Shown: one piece after another, positions 28,124-38,124 of the stretch
Position numbering within the stretch: position 1 is the first letter of the stretch
Layout of the letters: the number at the start of each line of letters is the position of its first letter
From: Alphaproteobacteria bacterium
Lineage (GTDB): Bacteria > Pseudomonadota > Alphaproteobacteria > Bin95
Assembly: GCA_965205265.1 (NCBI GenBank)
Contig: CBDBGH010000003.1
Location: 1,152,001 to 1,216,000 of the forward strand
Reading direction: 5' to 3'
Length of the DNA: 64,000 nucleotides
The notes under the pieces: model-generated
The model's database searches: none
The model's input: the letters and a program-made list of their open reading frames with translations, nothing else
What the model was told of the DNA's origin: nothing
Made by a program: the position numbers and the translations under genes

Positions 28124-28644
28124 CGCGTCTCCTCCCGCCGCGCCGACGCGGCTCTCGCAAAACCGCCGCGCCGCCGCAGCTCGAAAAACCGGCCAACCTC
28201 CGCGGAACGATCCGAACCGCCCTGCCGGCAACCTGCCGGCGCCCGCCGCAAAACCTAAATGCCGCGATATGCCGCGGGCGCGCGCTTACAGGCTGGCGCT
28301 CCCGGCAACGGGCGCGCCATTCCAGCTCCGGGTCGAGTGCGGAAACAGGGCGCTCAGACGGCCCATCCGCCGGACGGTCAGGTCATGGCCTCGCTCGTTT
28401 CCTCAAGGATTCGGAACTTATATAGGATATATAGCAGAAAAAACAAGAACAAAATGACCATATTCTGTCGATTGCGGCTGCGTCCGCAGAGGCGGAGGCC
28501 TGCAACGCCCGGCCGGGGCCGGCGGATGCGCGAATCCGGCGGGCCGGAGGGATGCGGAGCCATGCAGCAACGCGGCTTGAAGCCGGACTCCTGCTATCCT
28601 AGCGTCCTGCGGCGCAGGTCCGAGGCCCGAGGGGGGAAGCCGGC

Positions 28645-30765
28645 ATGAGCATCCGCATCGACACGCTCGACGCGTTCTTCAATCCGAAGTCGGTGGCCAT
28701 CGTCGGCGCCTCGTCGAACTTCGCCAAGATCGGCGGCCGGCCCGTCCACAACATGAAAATCTCCGGTTATGGCGGCAGGGTCTATCCGGTCAATCCGGGC
28801 GCTTCCGAGATCCAGGGCCTGCCGGCTTTCCCCGCTGTCGGCGACATTCCGGGGCCGGTGGACATGGCGGTGATCGTCGTGCCGATGTCCTTCGTGGAAC
28901 CGGCGGTGACGGCCTGCATCGACAAGGGCGTGAAGGCCGCTATCGTCCTGTCTTCCGGTTTCGCCGAGATTTCGGAGGAGGGCGCAAAGGCGCAGCGCCG
29001 CCTGGCCGATCTCGGCGCCGAGGGCGGGCTGCGCATCATGGGGCCCAATTGCATGGGCGTGATGAATACCGGCACCGGCATGATCGCCACATTCATCTCG
29101 GCCATCGGCGATACGGGGCCGGAGAGGGGCACGATTTCCGTCGCGGCGCAATCGGGCGCCTTCGGCGGCCATTGCTTCACGCTCGCCCGCGAACGGGGCC
29201 TCGGCCTCAACCTCTGGGCCACGATGGGCAACCAGTGCGATGTCGAGTTCTCGGACTGCCTGGCCTACATGGCGCAGGACCCCGGCACCAGCGTCGTACT
29301 CGGCTACATGGAAGGCGTGCAGGACGCGGACAAGCTGGTCGAGGCGCTCGAAATCGCCCGCGCCGCCGAAAAACCGGTGGTGCTGATGAAGGTCGGGCGC
29401 TCCGAGGTCGGCACTGCCGCCGCGGCTTCCCACACGGCATCGCTCACGGGTTCCGACGCCGTTTTCGATGCGCTTCTGCGCCAGTACAACGTCTTTCGAC
29501 CCCACAGCATCGACGAGATGTTCGATGTCGGCTACGCCTTCGCCGGCGGCCAGCTGCCGAAGAGCGCCAGGACGGGCATCATCACGGTTTCCGGCGGGGT
29601 CGGCGTCATCATGGCGGATGCGGCGGAGGACGCCGGCCTCGAGTTGCCGCCGCTGCCGGAGGCGACCCAGGAGCGGATGAAGGCGCTCGTGCCCTTTGCC
29701 GGCACCCGCAACCCGCTGGATGTGACCGCGCAGTTCATCAACGATGCAACGCTGATGGAGACCATGTACGGCGCCCTGCTGGAAGAGGGCGGTTATGCAA
29801 GCGCGGTCTGCTTTCTGGCGGGCGTCGGCCTGAATCCGCTGATGATGAAGGATCTGGAGCCGAGCCTGGAGGCGGTGCGGCAGCGTTTTCCTGACCAGTT
29901 GCACATGCTCGCCATCCTGACCACGCCCGAGCGCCGCGCGCGGATCCAGGCGATGGGCTATCTCTGCTACGAGGACCCGAGCCGGGCGATCCACGCGCTC
30001 GGGGTTCTGGCGCGGTATTCCGCGGCGTTGAAGCGGGGGCCGTCCGCGCCGCCTCCCGACCTGCCGTCCGGTGCGCCGAAGCTCACGGCCGGCACGGCCG
30101 TCAACGAGGTGGAAGGCAAGCGCATTCTGGCGGCTGCCGGCGTGCCGGCTGTCCCGGAACGGCTTGCAGCGTCTGCCGGCGACGCGGCCGAGGCGGCGGA
30201 GGCAGCCGGGTTCCCGGTCGTCATGAAGATCGTCTCGCCGGACATTCTCCACAAGTCCGAGATCGGCGGCGTCATTCTCAATGTCGCGACGCGGGAAGCC
30301 GCCGAAACGGCTTACCGCGACCTGCTTGCGCGGGCCGAAGCGCATGCGCCGGATGCGCGGATCGACGGCGTGCTGGTCGCGCCCATGGTGTCCGGCGGCG
30401 TCGAGACCATTCTGGGCGTTGTCCGCGATCCGGTATTCGGCCCCGTGGTCATGTTCGGGCTCGGCGGCGTTTTCGTGGAGGTGCTGAAGGACGTGACCTT
30501 CCGCATCGCGCCGTTCGGCGTCGACGAGGCGCGCCGGATGATCCGCGAGGTGCGCGGTTATCCGATGCTGGAGGGCGTTCGCGGCGCGCCGCCGGCGGAC
30601 GAGGAAGCGCTGGCCGACGCGCTGGCCAGGCTTTCGGCGTTTGCGGCCGCCAATGCCGATGTGCTGGAAACGATCGACGTCAATCCGTTCATCGTGCTGC
30701 CGAAAGGGGAGGGCGCGGTCGCCGTGGACGCGCTGATCGCCGTGCGGGAGAGCGCCGACGCATGA
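28645..30765 (+). CDS. acetate--CoA ligase (ADP-forming) family protein
   Basis: PKSVAIVGAS, GPNCMG, SHTASL, HKSEIGGV, DPVFGP motifs. Confidence 0.93.
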   Translation: MSIRIDTLDAFFNPKSVAIVGASSNFAKIGGRPVHNMKISGYGGRVYPVNPGASEIQGLPAFPAVGDIPGPVDMAVIVVPMSFVEPAVTACIDKGVKAAIVLSSGFAEISEEGAKAQRRLADLGAEGGLRIMGPNCMGVMNTGTGMIATFISAIGDTGPERGTISVAAQSGAFGGHCFTLARERGLGLNLWATMGNQCDVEFSDCLAYMAQDPGTSVVLGYMEGVQDADKLVEALEIARAAEKPVVLMKVGRSEVGTAAAASHTASLTGSDAVFDALLRQYNVFRPHSIDEMFDVGYAFAGGQLPKSARTGIITVSGGVGVIMADAAEDAGLELPPLPEATQERMKALVPFAGTRNPLDVTAQFINDATLMETMYGALLEEGGYASAVCFLAGVGLNPLMMKDLEPSLEAVRQRFPDQLHMLAILTTPERRARIQAMGYLCYEDPSRAIHALGVLARYSAALKRGPSAPPPDLPSGAPKLTAGTAVNEVEGKRILAAAGVPAVPERLAASAGDAAEAAEAAGFPVVMKIVSPDILHKSEIGGVILNVATREAAETAYRDLLARAEAHAPDARIDGVLVAPMVSGGVETILGVVRDPVFGPVVMFGLGGVFVEVLKDVTFRIAPFGVDEARRMIREVRGYPMLEGVRGAPPADEEALADALARLSAFAAANADVLETIDVNPFIVLPKGEGAVAVDALIAVRESADA

Positions 30766-31940
30766 GCCGCAGCCCGGTCATCGTCGGCGTGGCCGACGCG
30801 CCGACCCACGAGCGCGGCCGCGCGCTGCCGGGCTCGACCGTGCTCTCCATACAGCGCGATGCGGCGGGTGAGGCGCTTGCCCAGGCGGGGCTGACCATGA
30901 GCGATGTCGATGGCCTCGCGGTCGCCGGCATGTGGGGCATGCCGGGGCCGGGCGCCATGCAGCCCGTGCTGCTGACGGAGTATCTCGGCCTCGAATGGCC
31001 GTGCTATCTCGACGGCACCAATGTCGGCGGCGCGGCCTTCGTGCTGCATGCAGGCCGGGCGGCCGAGGCAATCCGTTCGGGGCAGGCGGACGTGGTCCTG
31101 ATCGTCTATGGCTCGCTCCAGAAGAGCCAGGCGGCGCGGGCGCTGGGCGGGCGCCCGGCGATGTTCTCCAACCAGTGGGACATTCCGGCCGGTCTGCCCC
31201 TTCCGGTCGGCGCCTATGCAATGGCGGCGCAGCGCCATGCCCATGTCTACGGATCGACCCGCGAGACGCTTGCTGAAATCGCTGTGGCGACCCGCGCCTG
31301 GGCCGCGCTCAATCCCGCGGCTGCGTTCCGCGAGCCGATGACGGTGGACGACGTGCTGGGCGCGCGGACGATCGCCTCGCCGCTCGGGCGCTACGACTGC
31401 TGCCTCGTCACCGACGGCGGCGGCGCGGTGGTGATGACCACGGAGGAGCGCGCGCGCGACCTGCGCACGCCGCCGGTCCATGTGCTGGGGCACGGCGCCT
31501 CCGCCTCGCATGCGAGCATCGCGCATATGCCGGACATGGCGAAGCTCGAAGTGGCCGAGCGGTCTTCGCGCGCGGCTTATGCCATGGCGGGGCGCGGCCC
31601 TGCCGAAATCGACCTCGCCATGCTGTATGACAGCTTCACCATCACGGTGCTGATGACGCTGGAGGCGCTCGGGCTCTGCGGCTACGGCGAGGGAAAGGAG
31701 TTCGTCAGGGGCGGGCGGACCGGTCCCGGCGGCGCCTTTCCGGTCAACACCAATGGCGGCGGGCTCTCCTATTGCCATCCGGGCATGTACGGGCTGTTCA
31801 CCATCATCGAGGCATGCCGCCAGCTCTGGGGCATTGCCGGCGAGAGGCAGGCGGAGGGCGTGCGCACGGCGGTATGCCACGGCACGGGCGGCGTGCTCTC
31901 CTCCGGCGCGACGCTCATCCTCTCGACGGAAAACGGCTAA
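30762..31940 (+). CDS. SCP2-type thiolase family protein
   Basis: DCCLVTDGGGA, LYDSFTITV, NTNGGGLSYCHPGM motifs. Confidence 0.9.
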   Translation: MSRSPVIVGVADAPTHERGRALPGSTVLSIQRDAAGEALAQAGLTMSDVDGLAVAGMWGMPGPGAMQPVLLTEYLGLEWPCYLDGTNVGGAAFVLHAGRAAEAIRSGQADVVLIVYGSLQKSQAARALGGRPAMFSNQWDIPAGLPLPVGAYAMAAQRHAHVYGSTRETLAEIAVATRAWAALNPAAAFREPMTVDDVLGARTIASPLGRYDCCLVTDGGGAVVMTTEERARDLRTPPVHVLGHGASASHASIAHMPDMAKLEVAERSSRAAYAMAGRGPAEIDLAMLYDSFTITVLMTLEALGLCGYGEGKEFVRGGRTGPGGAFPVNTNGGGLSYCHPGMYGLFTIIEACRQLWGIAGERQAEGVRTAVCHGTGGVLSSGATLILSTENG

Positions 31941-31950
31941 AATCGGCGCC

Positions 31951-32358
31951 ATGACCTACGACAAGCCGGTGCCCGCCATCGACGCCGAATCGGAGCCCTA
32001 CTGGACCGGCGCGCGGGAAGGCCGCCTGATGATCCAGCGCTGCGGCAGGACCGGGCGCTGCTTCCTCTATTCCCGCCGCCTTGCGCCGGGCGCCAGCGAT
32101 GACGATATCCGGTGGATCGAGGCGAAGGGAACCGGGACGGTCTATTCCTTCACCGTCTGCCATGCGCCGGCCGGGCCGGCCTTCCGGGACGAGACGCCCT
32201 ATGTCGTCGCCTGCGTCGAGCTCGACGAAGGGGCGCGCATCGTGAGCAATCTCGCAACCGGGGACATCGACGCGGTCCGTATCGGCCAGAGGGTCGAGGT
32301 GTTCTTCGACAGGGTCTCCGAAGACCTGACGGTCCCGAAGTTCCGCCCGGCGGGCTGA
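31951..32358 (+). CDS. DUF35 OB-fold protein
   Basis: YWTGAREGRLMIQRC, GTVYSFT, VELDEG motifs. Confidence 0.9.
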   Translation: MTYDKPVPAIDAESEPYWTGAREGRLMIQRCGRTGRCFLYSRRLAPGASDDDIRWIEAKGTGTVYSFTVCHAPAGPAFRDETPYVVACVELDEGARIVSNLATGDIDAVRIGQRVEVFFDRVSEDLTVPKFRPAG

Positions 32359-32365
32359 GGCGCCC

Positions 32366-33307
32366 GTGCAGAAGCGCTTCTGGCATTATGTAGGGGTTGT
32401 TGCCGCGATTGCCGTGTTCGCCGCCGCCGTCTGGGCGCTGACCTGGCAATTGCGCGACCTTCGCTGGGACGACCTCTTCCGTCAGCTCGAAGCGATTCCG
32501 CTCCACCGCATCCTGGCCGCGGTGGCCGCGACCTTCGCGGCCTATCTGGTGCTGGCGGCCTACGACCACACCGCCTTTCGCTATATCGGCCGGCGCATGG
32601 CGTTCGGCCGGGTCGCGTTCGTCTCCTCCATTTCCTATGCGTTCAGCCACAATCTGGGCTTCGGGGCGCTGACCGGCGGTGCCGTCCGGTTCCGGTTCTA
32701 CACGGACTGGGGCGTTCCGCCCGGCGACATCGCCCGCGTCGTCCTCTATGCCGGCATCGTCTATTACCTCTGTGCGCTCTCCGTGGGCGGGCTGCTGACA
32801 TTCCCCAATGCGGCCGCGCTCGCGGACGTGCTGGAGCTGGAGCCGGCCCTGGTTCGCACGATCGCGGCCGTGTGGGTGCTGTGCGGCGCGCTCTATGTCG
32901 TGTGGTGCCTTTGCGGCAGGCCGGTCGTGCGCGTCGGCGAGCGCGAGGTGACGCCGCCGAAGATCCGCCATGGCCTCATCCAGTTCTGCGTCGGCATCCT
33001 CGAATGGGTGTTCACCAGCGCCGTGCTCTACCTGGTGCTGCCGCCGGATTTCGGCATGCCCTACTGGCATTTCGTCGCCGTCTATGTGCTGGCTTACATG
33101 GCCGGCTATATCAGCCATGTGCCGGGCGGCCTCGGCGTGTTCGAGACCGTGCTGCTGGTGCTGATGCCGGAGACCGTGCCGACCCATGTCGTGGCCGCGG
33201 GCATCATCACCTACCGCGTCATCTACTTCCTCATGCCGCTCGCGCTGGCGCTGGCCCTCTTCGGCGCCTACGAAGCCGCCAAAGGCCGCTTCTCGCGCGG
33301 GGGGTAG
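32366..33307 (+). CDS. lysylphosphatidylglycerol synthase TM-domain (YbhN-like) protein
   Basis: GGAVRFRFY, SHVPGGLGVFE, YRVIYFLMP motifs. Confidence 0.88.
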   Translation: MQKRFWHYVGVVAAIAVFAAAVWALTWQLRDLRWDDLFRQLEAIPLHRILAAVAATFAAYLVLAAYDHTAFRYIGRRMAFGRVAFVSSISYAFSHNLGFGALTGGAVRFRFYTDWGVPPGDIARVVLYAGIVYYLCALSVGGLLTFPNAAALADVLELEPALVRTIAAVWVLCGALYVVWCLCGRPVVRVGEREVTPPKIRHGLIQFCVGILEWVFTSAVLYLVLPPDFGMPYWHFVAVYVLAYMAGYISHVPGGLGVFETVLLVLMPETVPTHVVAAGIITYRVIYFLMPLALALALFGAYEAAKGRFSRGG

Positions 33308-33324
33308 GGGGCGTGCCCGCCGCC

Positions 33325-33353
33325 TTGCAATCCGGGGCGGGGGGCCATAGCGT
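33325..33353 (+). promoter_or_regulatory. putative sigma70 promoter
   Basis: TTGCAA-17 nt-TAGCGT upstream of the acyl-CoA dehydrogenase. Confidence 0.45.
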
Positions 33354-33388
33354 TCGGAGGAGTTTGACGCGACCCGGGACGCTGCCTC

Positions 33389-34570
33389 ATGGACCTCAAT
33401 TTCGCCCCTGAAGACGAAGCCTTTCGCGACGAGTGCCGTTCCTTCCTGGCGGAGAAGCTGCCGGGCGACGTGGCGCGCAAGGTCGGGCTCGGCATCCAGC
33501 CGACGCTCGACGAGGTGATGGCCTGGCACCGGGAGCTCCACGACAAGGGCTGGATCGCGCCCAACTGGCCGGTCGAATGGGGCGGCCCCGGCTGGACGGT
33601 GACGCAGAAATACATCTGGGACGAGGAGCAGGCGCTCGCCAATGCGCCGCGCCCGATCCCGTTCGGCCTGTCCATGTGCGGGCCGGTGCTGATGGCCTTC
33701 GGCACCGAGGCGCAGAAGCGGGACAACCTGCCGCGCATCCTCTCCGGCGAACGCATCTACTGCCAGGGCTATTCCGAGCCTGGCGCCGGCTCCGACCTCG
33801 CCTCGCTCAAGACGCGCTGCGAGGTGCATGACGACCGGTTCGTCATCAACGGCCAGAAGATCTGGACGACCGCCGCCCACTGGGCGAACTGGATCTTCTG
33901 CCTCGTGCGCACCTCGACGGAAGGCAAGCGGCAGGAGGGCATCTCCTTCGTCCTGATCGACATGGACACGCCCGGCATCGAGGTGAAACCGCTCATCACC
34001 CTCGAGGGCCTGCACGAGGTCAACGAAGTGTTCTTCACCGATGTCGTCGTGCCGCGCGAGAATCTGGTGGGCGAGGTGAACCAGGGCTGGACGATCGCCA
34101 AATACCTGCTGGGCCACGAGCGCATGGGCGGCGGCGCGCTCGGCAGCCAGAAGAACGGCCTGCGCTCGCTCAAGGAGATCGCGGCGGACCGGGGGCTGGA
34201 GGAAGACGCGACCTTCATGCGCAAGGTGGCGGAGGTCGAGATCGAGCTCCAGACGCTTGAGATGCAGATGCTCCGCATGCTCGCCGCCGTCTCGGCGGAC
34301 AAGGAGATCGGCGCGGAAGCCTCGATGATCAAGATCCGCCGGACGGAAATCCAGCAACGCCTCTCCGAGCTCAGGATGGAAGCGGCGGCCTACGACGCCA
34401 ATCCCTACCAGATCGAGGCGATGGAGCACGGCTGGAACGAGGAGCCGGTCGGGCCGGATTACGCCAACGCGCTCGCCGCGAAATATTTCAACGACCGCAA
34501 GCACACGATCTTCGCCGGCTCCAACGAGATCCAGCGCAACATCATCGCGAAGCGGATGCTGGAGCTTTGA
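33389..34570 (+). CDS. acyl-CoA dehydrogenase
   Basis: CQGYSEPGAGSDLA, NGQKIWTT, IFAGSNEIQRNII motifs. Confidence 0.95.
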   Translation: MDLNFAPEDEAFRDECRSFLAEKLPGDVARKVGLGIQPTLDEVMAWHRELHDKGWIAPNWPVEWGGPGWTVTQKYIWDEEQALANAPRPIPFGLSMCGPVLMAFGTEAQKRDNLPRILSGERIYCQGYSEPGAGSDLASLKTRCEVHDDRFVINGQKIWTTAAHWANWIFCLVRTSTEGKRQEGISFVLIDMDTPGIEVKPLITLEGLHEVNEVFFTDVVVPRENLVGEVNQGWTIAKYLLGHERMGGGALGSQKNGLRSLKEIAADRGLEEDATFMRKVAEVEIELQTLEMQMLRMLAAVSADKEIGAEASMIKIRRTEIQQRLSELRMEAAAYDANPYQIEAMEHGWNEEPVGPDYANALAAKYFNDRKHTIFAGSNEIQRNIIAKRMLEL

Positions 34571-34589
34571 GCCGGCCCCCGGCCCCTCA

Positions 34590-34677
34590 CGTCATGCCCG
34601 GACTTGTTCCGGGCATCCATACGGCCGCCCGGCGGAAGCGGCGGCGGGAGATACCCGGAACAAGTCCGGGTATGACG
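34590..34677. repeat. REPIN doublet with degenerate tail units extending to about 34738
   Basis: Standard arms; GGGYATGAC-like motif recurs near 34689, 34707, 34729. Confidence 0.9.
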
Positions 34678-34754
34678 CAGGGGGCATCCGGGTATGACGG
34701 GGAGAAGGGCATGACGGAGGTGGCGTTCGGGCATGGCGCCCGAGGCGATCGGCC

Positions 34755-35759
34755 ATGAGCGGCTTGCGGCCCAATCTCGACCTTGAGCGGCTTGCGGACC
34801 GGCATCGGCGGATGCACCGCATCCGCGCTTTCGAGGAGCAGGCCGTCGCCGCGCTGGAGGAAGGGCTGGTGCTGGGCGCCATCCACCCCTCCATCGGGCA
34901 GGAAGCCTGCGCGGTGGGCGCGGTCGGCAGCCTTGCGCGCGAGGACCTGCTGCTGTCCACCCATCGCGGCCACGGCCACACGCTGGAAAAGGGCGCCTCG
35001 GCCGCCGCCATGATGCGCGAGCTGTTCGGGCGCGAAGGCGGCAATTGCGGTGGCAAGGGCGGCTCCATGCACATCGCCGACTTCTCTGTCGGCATGCTGG
35101 GAGCGAACGGCGTCGTCGGCGCCAACATCAACATCGCCGCCGGTGCGGCCCATGCGGTGCGGCTCAAGGGCGAACGGCGGATCGTGTGTTGCATTTTCGG
35201 CGACGGTGCGGTCAATCGCGGGCCGTTCCTGGAGGGGCTGAACTGGGCGCGCGTCTTCGACCTACCGGTGCTGTTCGTCTGCGAGGACAACGCCTTCGCC
35301 GCCACGACGCGGACCGAGGCGATGACCGGCGGCCCCGGCCCGGCGGCGCGCGCCGAGGCGCTCGGCATTCCCTCCCACGCCGCGGACGGCAACGATGTGG
35401 ACCGGATGGCGGAGGTGACGACGGAACTGCGCGAGCGCATCCTCGCGGGCGGCGGGCCGCAATTCCTGTGGGCGAAGACCTGGCGGCTGACGGGCCACAC
35501 GGCCGTGGACAAGGCGGCCTACCGCGATGCCGGGGAAGTGGCGGAGCGCTGGAAGGACGACCCCGTTGCCCGCGCAGCGGAGACCCTGCGCGCGCATGGC
35601 GCCCCGGAGGAAACGCTGTCGGGCCATCGTGAAGCGGCGGTTGCTGAAATGCGGGCGGCGTATGAGGAGGCGAAGGCCGCGCCCTGGCCGGGGACGGCGT
35701 CCCTCTACGCGGACGTGCAGGATGTCGGCGATCCCCGCGAAGCGGCGTTCCGATGGTGA
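34755..35759 (+). CDS. ThDP-dependent dehydrogenase E1 alpha subunit
   Basis: GQEA, HRGHGH, GKGGSMH, FGDGA...EDN motifs. Confidence 0.93.
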   Translation: MSGLRPNLDLERLADRHRRMHRIRAFEEQAVAALEEGLVLGAIHPSIGQEACAVGAVGSLAREDLLLSTHRGHGHTLEKGASAAAMMRELFGREGGNCGGKGGSMHIADFSVGMLGANGVVGANINIAAGAAHAVRLKGERRIVCCIFGDGAVNRGPFLEGLNWARVFDLPVLFVCEDNAFAATTRTEAMTGGPGPAARAEALGIPSHAADGNDVDRMAEVTTELRERILAGGGPQFLWAKTWRLTGHTAVDKAAYRDAGEVAERWKDDPVARAAETLRAHGAPEETLSGHREAAVAEMRAAYEEAKAAPWPGTASLYADVQDVGDPREAAFRW

Positions 35760-36721
35760 CGACCACCTATATGGAGGCCGGACGGCGGGCGCTGGCCGAG
35801 GAGATGCGCCGCGACCCGACCGTGTGGGCGCTCGGCGAGGACCTCGGGCGCGGCGGCGTCTTCGGCCAGTATGCCGGCATGGCGGAGGAGTTCGGGCCGC
35901 TCAGGATTTCGGACGCACCGATCTCCGAAGCGGCGATCCTGGGCTCCGCCGTCGGCGCGGCGCTGGCGGGCACGCGCCCGGTTGTCGAGATGCGCTTCGC
36001 CGATTTCGCCCTCTGCGCCGTGGACGAACTGGTGAACCAGGCCGCCAAGGCGCGCTACATGTTCGGCGGGCAGGGCGGCGTGCCGCTGGTCGTGCGCGAG
36101 CCGATGGGCATGTGGCGGTCGTCCGCCGCGCAGCACTCGCAGTCGCTGGAAGCGTGGTATGTGCATATTCCCGGCCTGACGGTCGTTGCGCCTTCGACGC
36201 CCCGGGACAATTTGCGGCTGCTGAAGGCGGCGATCCGCAGCGACGACCCGGTCGTCTACTTGGAGCACAAGGACCTCTGGGGCCTTGAGGAAGAACTCGG
36301 CGAGGACGAACCGCCGGGCAAGCTCGGCAGCGCGCGGGTCGTGCGCGAGGGCAGCGACGCAACCGTGGTCTCCTGGTCCGCCATGGTCCACAACGTCTGT
36401 GAGGCGGCGGGGGTGCTGGCGGAAGAGGGCGTGTCCGTGGAGGCGATCGACCTGCGCACGCTCTGGCCGTGGGATCGCGAAGCGGTGCTGGCCTCGGTGC
36501 GCAAGACCGGGCGGCTGGTCGTGGCGCATGAGGCGGTCTCGGTCGGCGGCTTCGGGGCCGAGGTTGCGGCGACCGTCTCGGAGGCGCTGTTCGGCAGCCT
36601 GAAGGCGCCGGTGAAGCGCCTCGGCGCGCCGCGCGTCCCGATCCCCTACGCCAAACCGCTCGAAGACATGCTGCGCGTGGGGCCGGACGCGATTGCGGCG
36701 GCGGTCCGCGCGCAGCTGTGA
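35753..36721 (+). CDS. ThDP-dependent dehydrogenase E1 beta subunit
   Basis: GED, DAPISE, AAQHSQ, IDLRTL motifs. Confidence 0.93.
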   Translation: MVTTTYMEAGRRALAEEMRRDPTVWALGEDLGRGGVFGQYAGMAEEFGPLRISDAPISEAAILGSAVGAALAGTRPVVEMRFADFALCAVDELVNQAAKARYMFGGQGGVPLVVREPMGMWRSSAAQHSQSLEAWYVHIPGLTVVAPSTPRDNLRLLKAAIRSDDPVVYLEHKDLWGLEEELGEDEPPGKLGSARVVREGSDATVVSWSAMVHNVCEAAGVLAEEGVSVEAIDLRTLWPWDREAVLASVRKTGRLVVAHEAVSVGGFGAEVAATVSEALFGSLKAPVKRLGAPRVPIPYAKPLEDMLRVGPDAIAAAVRAQL

Positions 36722-36790
36722 GAGACCGTTTGAAAGTTGGCGTCCGGGCGTTTCGGGACAGAGCCGAAGGCGTTGCCCAGACCCCCTTCC

Positions 36791-36877
36791 CGTCATGCCC
36801 GGACTTGTTCCGGGCATCCATACGGCCGCCTGACGGAAGCCGTGGAGAGGGATGCCCGGAACAAGTCCGGGCATGAC
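36791..36877. repeat. REPIN doublet
   Basis: Standard arms and the common spacer type. Confidence 0.92.
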
Positions 36878-36974
36878 CGAGGGGGTATTCGGACTTGACG
36901 GAACCGCGCCGAGCCTTGCCCCGATGCTATTGTCGAGCTGTTCCTGAGCCTTTCTTCCAAGAGGATTTGAAGCG

Positions 36975-37481
36975 ATGACGGATTGGCAGGAGGACCTTTA
37001 CCGGGTCCTGAAGGAGTTCGAGGTCAGCCAGGTGAGCTATGTGCCGGACGCCGGCCACCGGGTGCTGATCGACAGGTCGCTCGCGGACCCGGAGATGCAT
37101 TCCGTGCCGCTCACCACGGAGGAGGAAGGCATCGCCATGCTTGCCGGTGCGCATCTCGGCGGCGCGCGCGGCGTCGCGGCCATGCAGTCCTCCGGCATCG
37201 GCAATTGCGTCAACATGTTCTCGCTGGTGAAGAACGGCCTCTTCCCGATGCTGGTGCTTGTGTCGATGCGCGGCGATTTCGGCGAGGGCAATCCCTGGCA
37301 GATGCCGATGGGGCAGGCGGTCGAGCCGGTGATGGAGGCGATGGGCTTCGTCACCATGCGGATCGACCGGCCCGAGGATGTGGAGGGCGCCATGCGGGCG
37401 GCCTGCACCATGGTGTTCAAGTCGGGGCAGGCGGTGGGCGTTTTGCTCACGCAGAAATTGATTGGCGCCAAAGCGTTTTAG
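36975..37481 (+). CDS. sulfopyruvate/phosphonopyruvate decarboxylase alpha-like subunit
   Basis: YVPD, TTEEEGI, MQSSGIGNCVN, SMRG motifs. Confidence 0.85.
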   Translation: MTDWQEDLYRVLKEFEVSQVSYVPDAGHRVLIDRSLADPEMHSVPLTTEEEGIAMLAGAHLGGARGVAAMQSSGIGNCVNMFSLVKNGLFPMLVLVSMRGDFGEGNPWQMPMGQAVEPVMEAMGFVTMRIDRPEDVEGAMRAACTMVFKSGQAVGVLLTQKLIGAKAF

Positions 37482-37497
37482 GTGGGGAGCGGAAGCG

Positions 37498-38124
37498 ATG
37501 AATGAAGCATTCCGGGCCGGGACCGCGGCCGATATGAGCCCCGTCGGCACGCTCGACAGGCGCGAGGCCGTGCCGGCGCTGGTGGGCAATCCGCAGGACT
37601 GGCTGATCGTCGCCGGCCTCGCCGGCACGGCGAAGGACACCGCCGCCATGTGCGAGCCGGAGGCCAACTATTTCGCCTGCGCCGGCGTCATGGGCGGCGC
37701 CGTCGCCATGGGCCTCGGGCTCGCGCTCGCAAGGCCGGACCGCCGCGTTCTGGTGCTGACGGGCGATGGCGAGCTGCTGATGAATGTGGGCTCGCTCGCC
37801 ACCGTCGCGATCCTGAACCCGCCCAACCTCTCCATCGTCTGCGTCGATAACGGCCATTACGGCGAGACCGGCTACCAGAAAAGCCACACCTCGCTCGGCG
37901 TGGACCTTGCCGCCATGGCTTCCGGGGCGGGCATCCCGGCGGTCCGCTCGGTATCCGAAGCAGGCGAGATCGAAGAGGCGGGCCGGCTGCTCCGCGAAGC
38001 CAACGGCGCCTCGTTCGTGCTGCTCAGGATTACCCCGGATGCGCCGCCGCCGGTCATCAGGCGCTCGCTGGACGCGGCGCTTGCGAAGGACCGTTTCCGC
38101 GCGGCGACTCTCCCGGCGGGATGA
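37498..38124 (+). CDS. sulfopyruvate/phosphonopyruvate decarboxylase beta-like subunit
   Basis: GVMG, GDGELLMN...DNGHYGETG ThDP-binding motif. Confidence 0.85.
   Translation: MNEAFRAGTAADMSPVGTLDRREAVPALVGNPQDWLIVAGLAGTAKDTAAMCEPEANYFACAGVMGGAVAMGLGLALARPDRRVLVLTGDGELLMNVGSLATVAILNPPNLSIVCVDNGHYGETGYQKSHTSLGVDLAAMASGAGIPAVRSVSEAGEIEEAGRLLREANGASFVLLRITPDAPPPVIRRSLDAALAKDRFRAATLPAG

Noticed and set aside
28434-28460. Alphaproteobacterial LexA box
   Set aside because: Best match is GAAA-N6-GAAC, not GAAC-N7-GAAC.
27415-28640. Complete IS630 insertion sequence
   Set aside because: No DDE domain and no paired terminal inverted repeats around the HTH gene.
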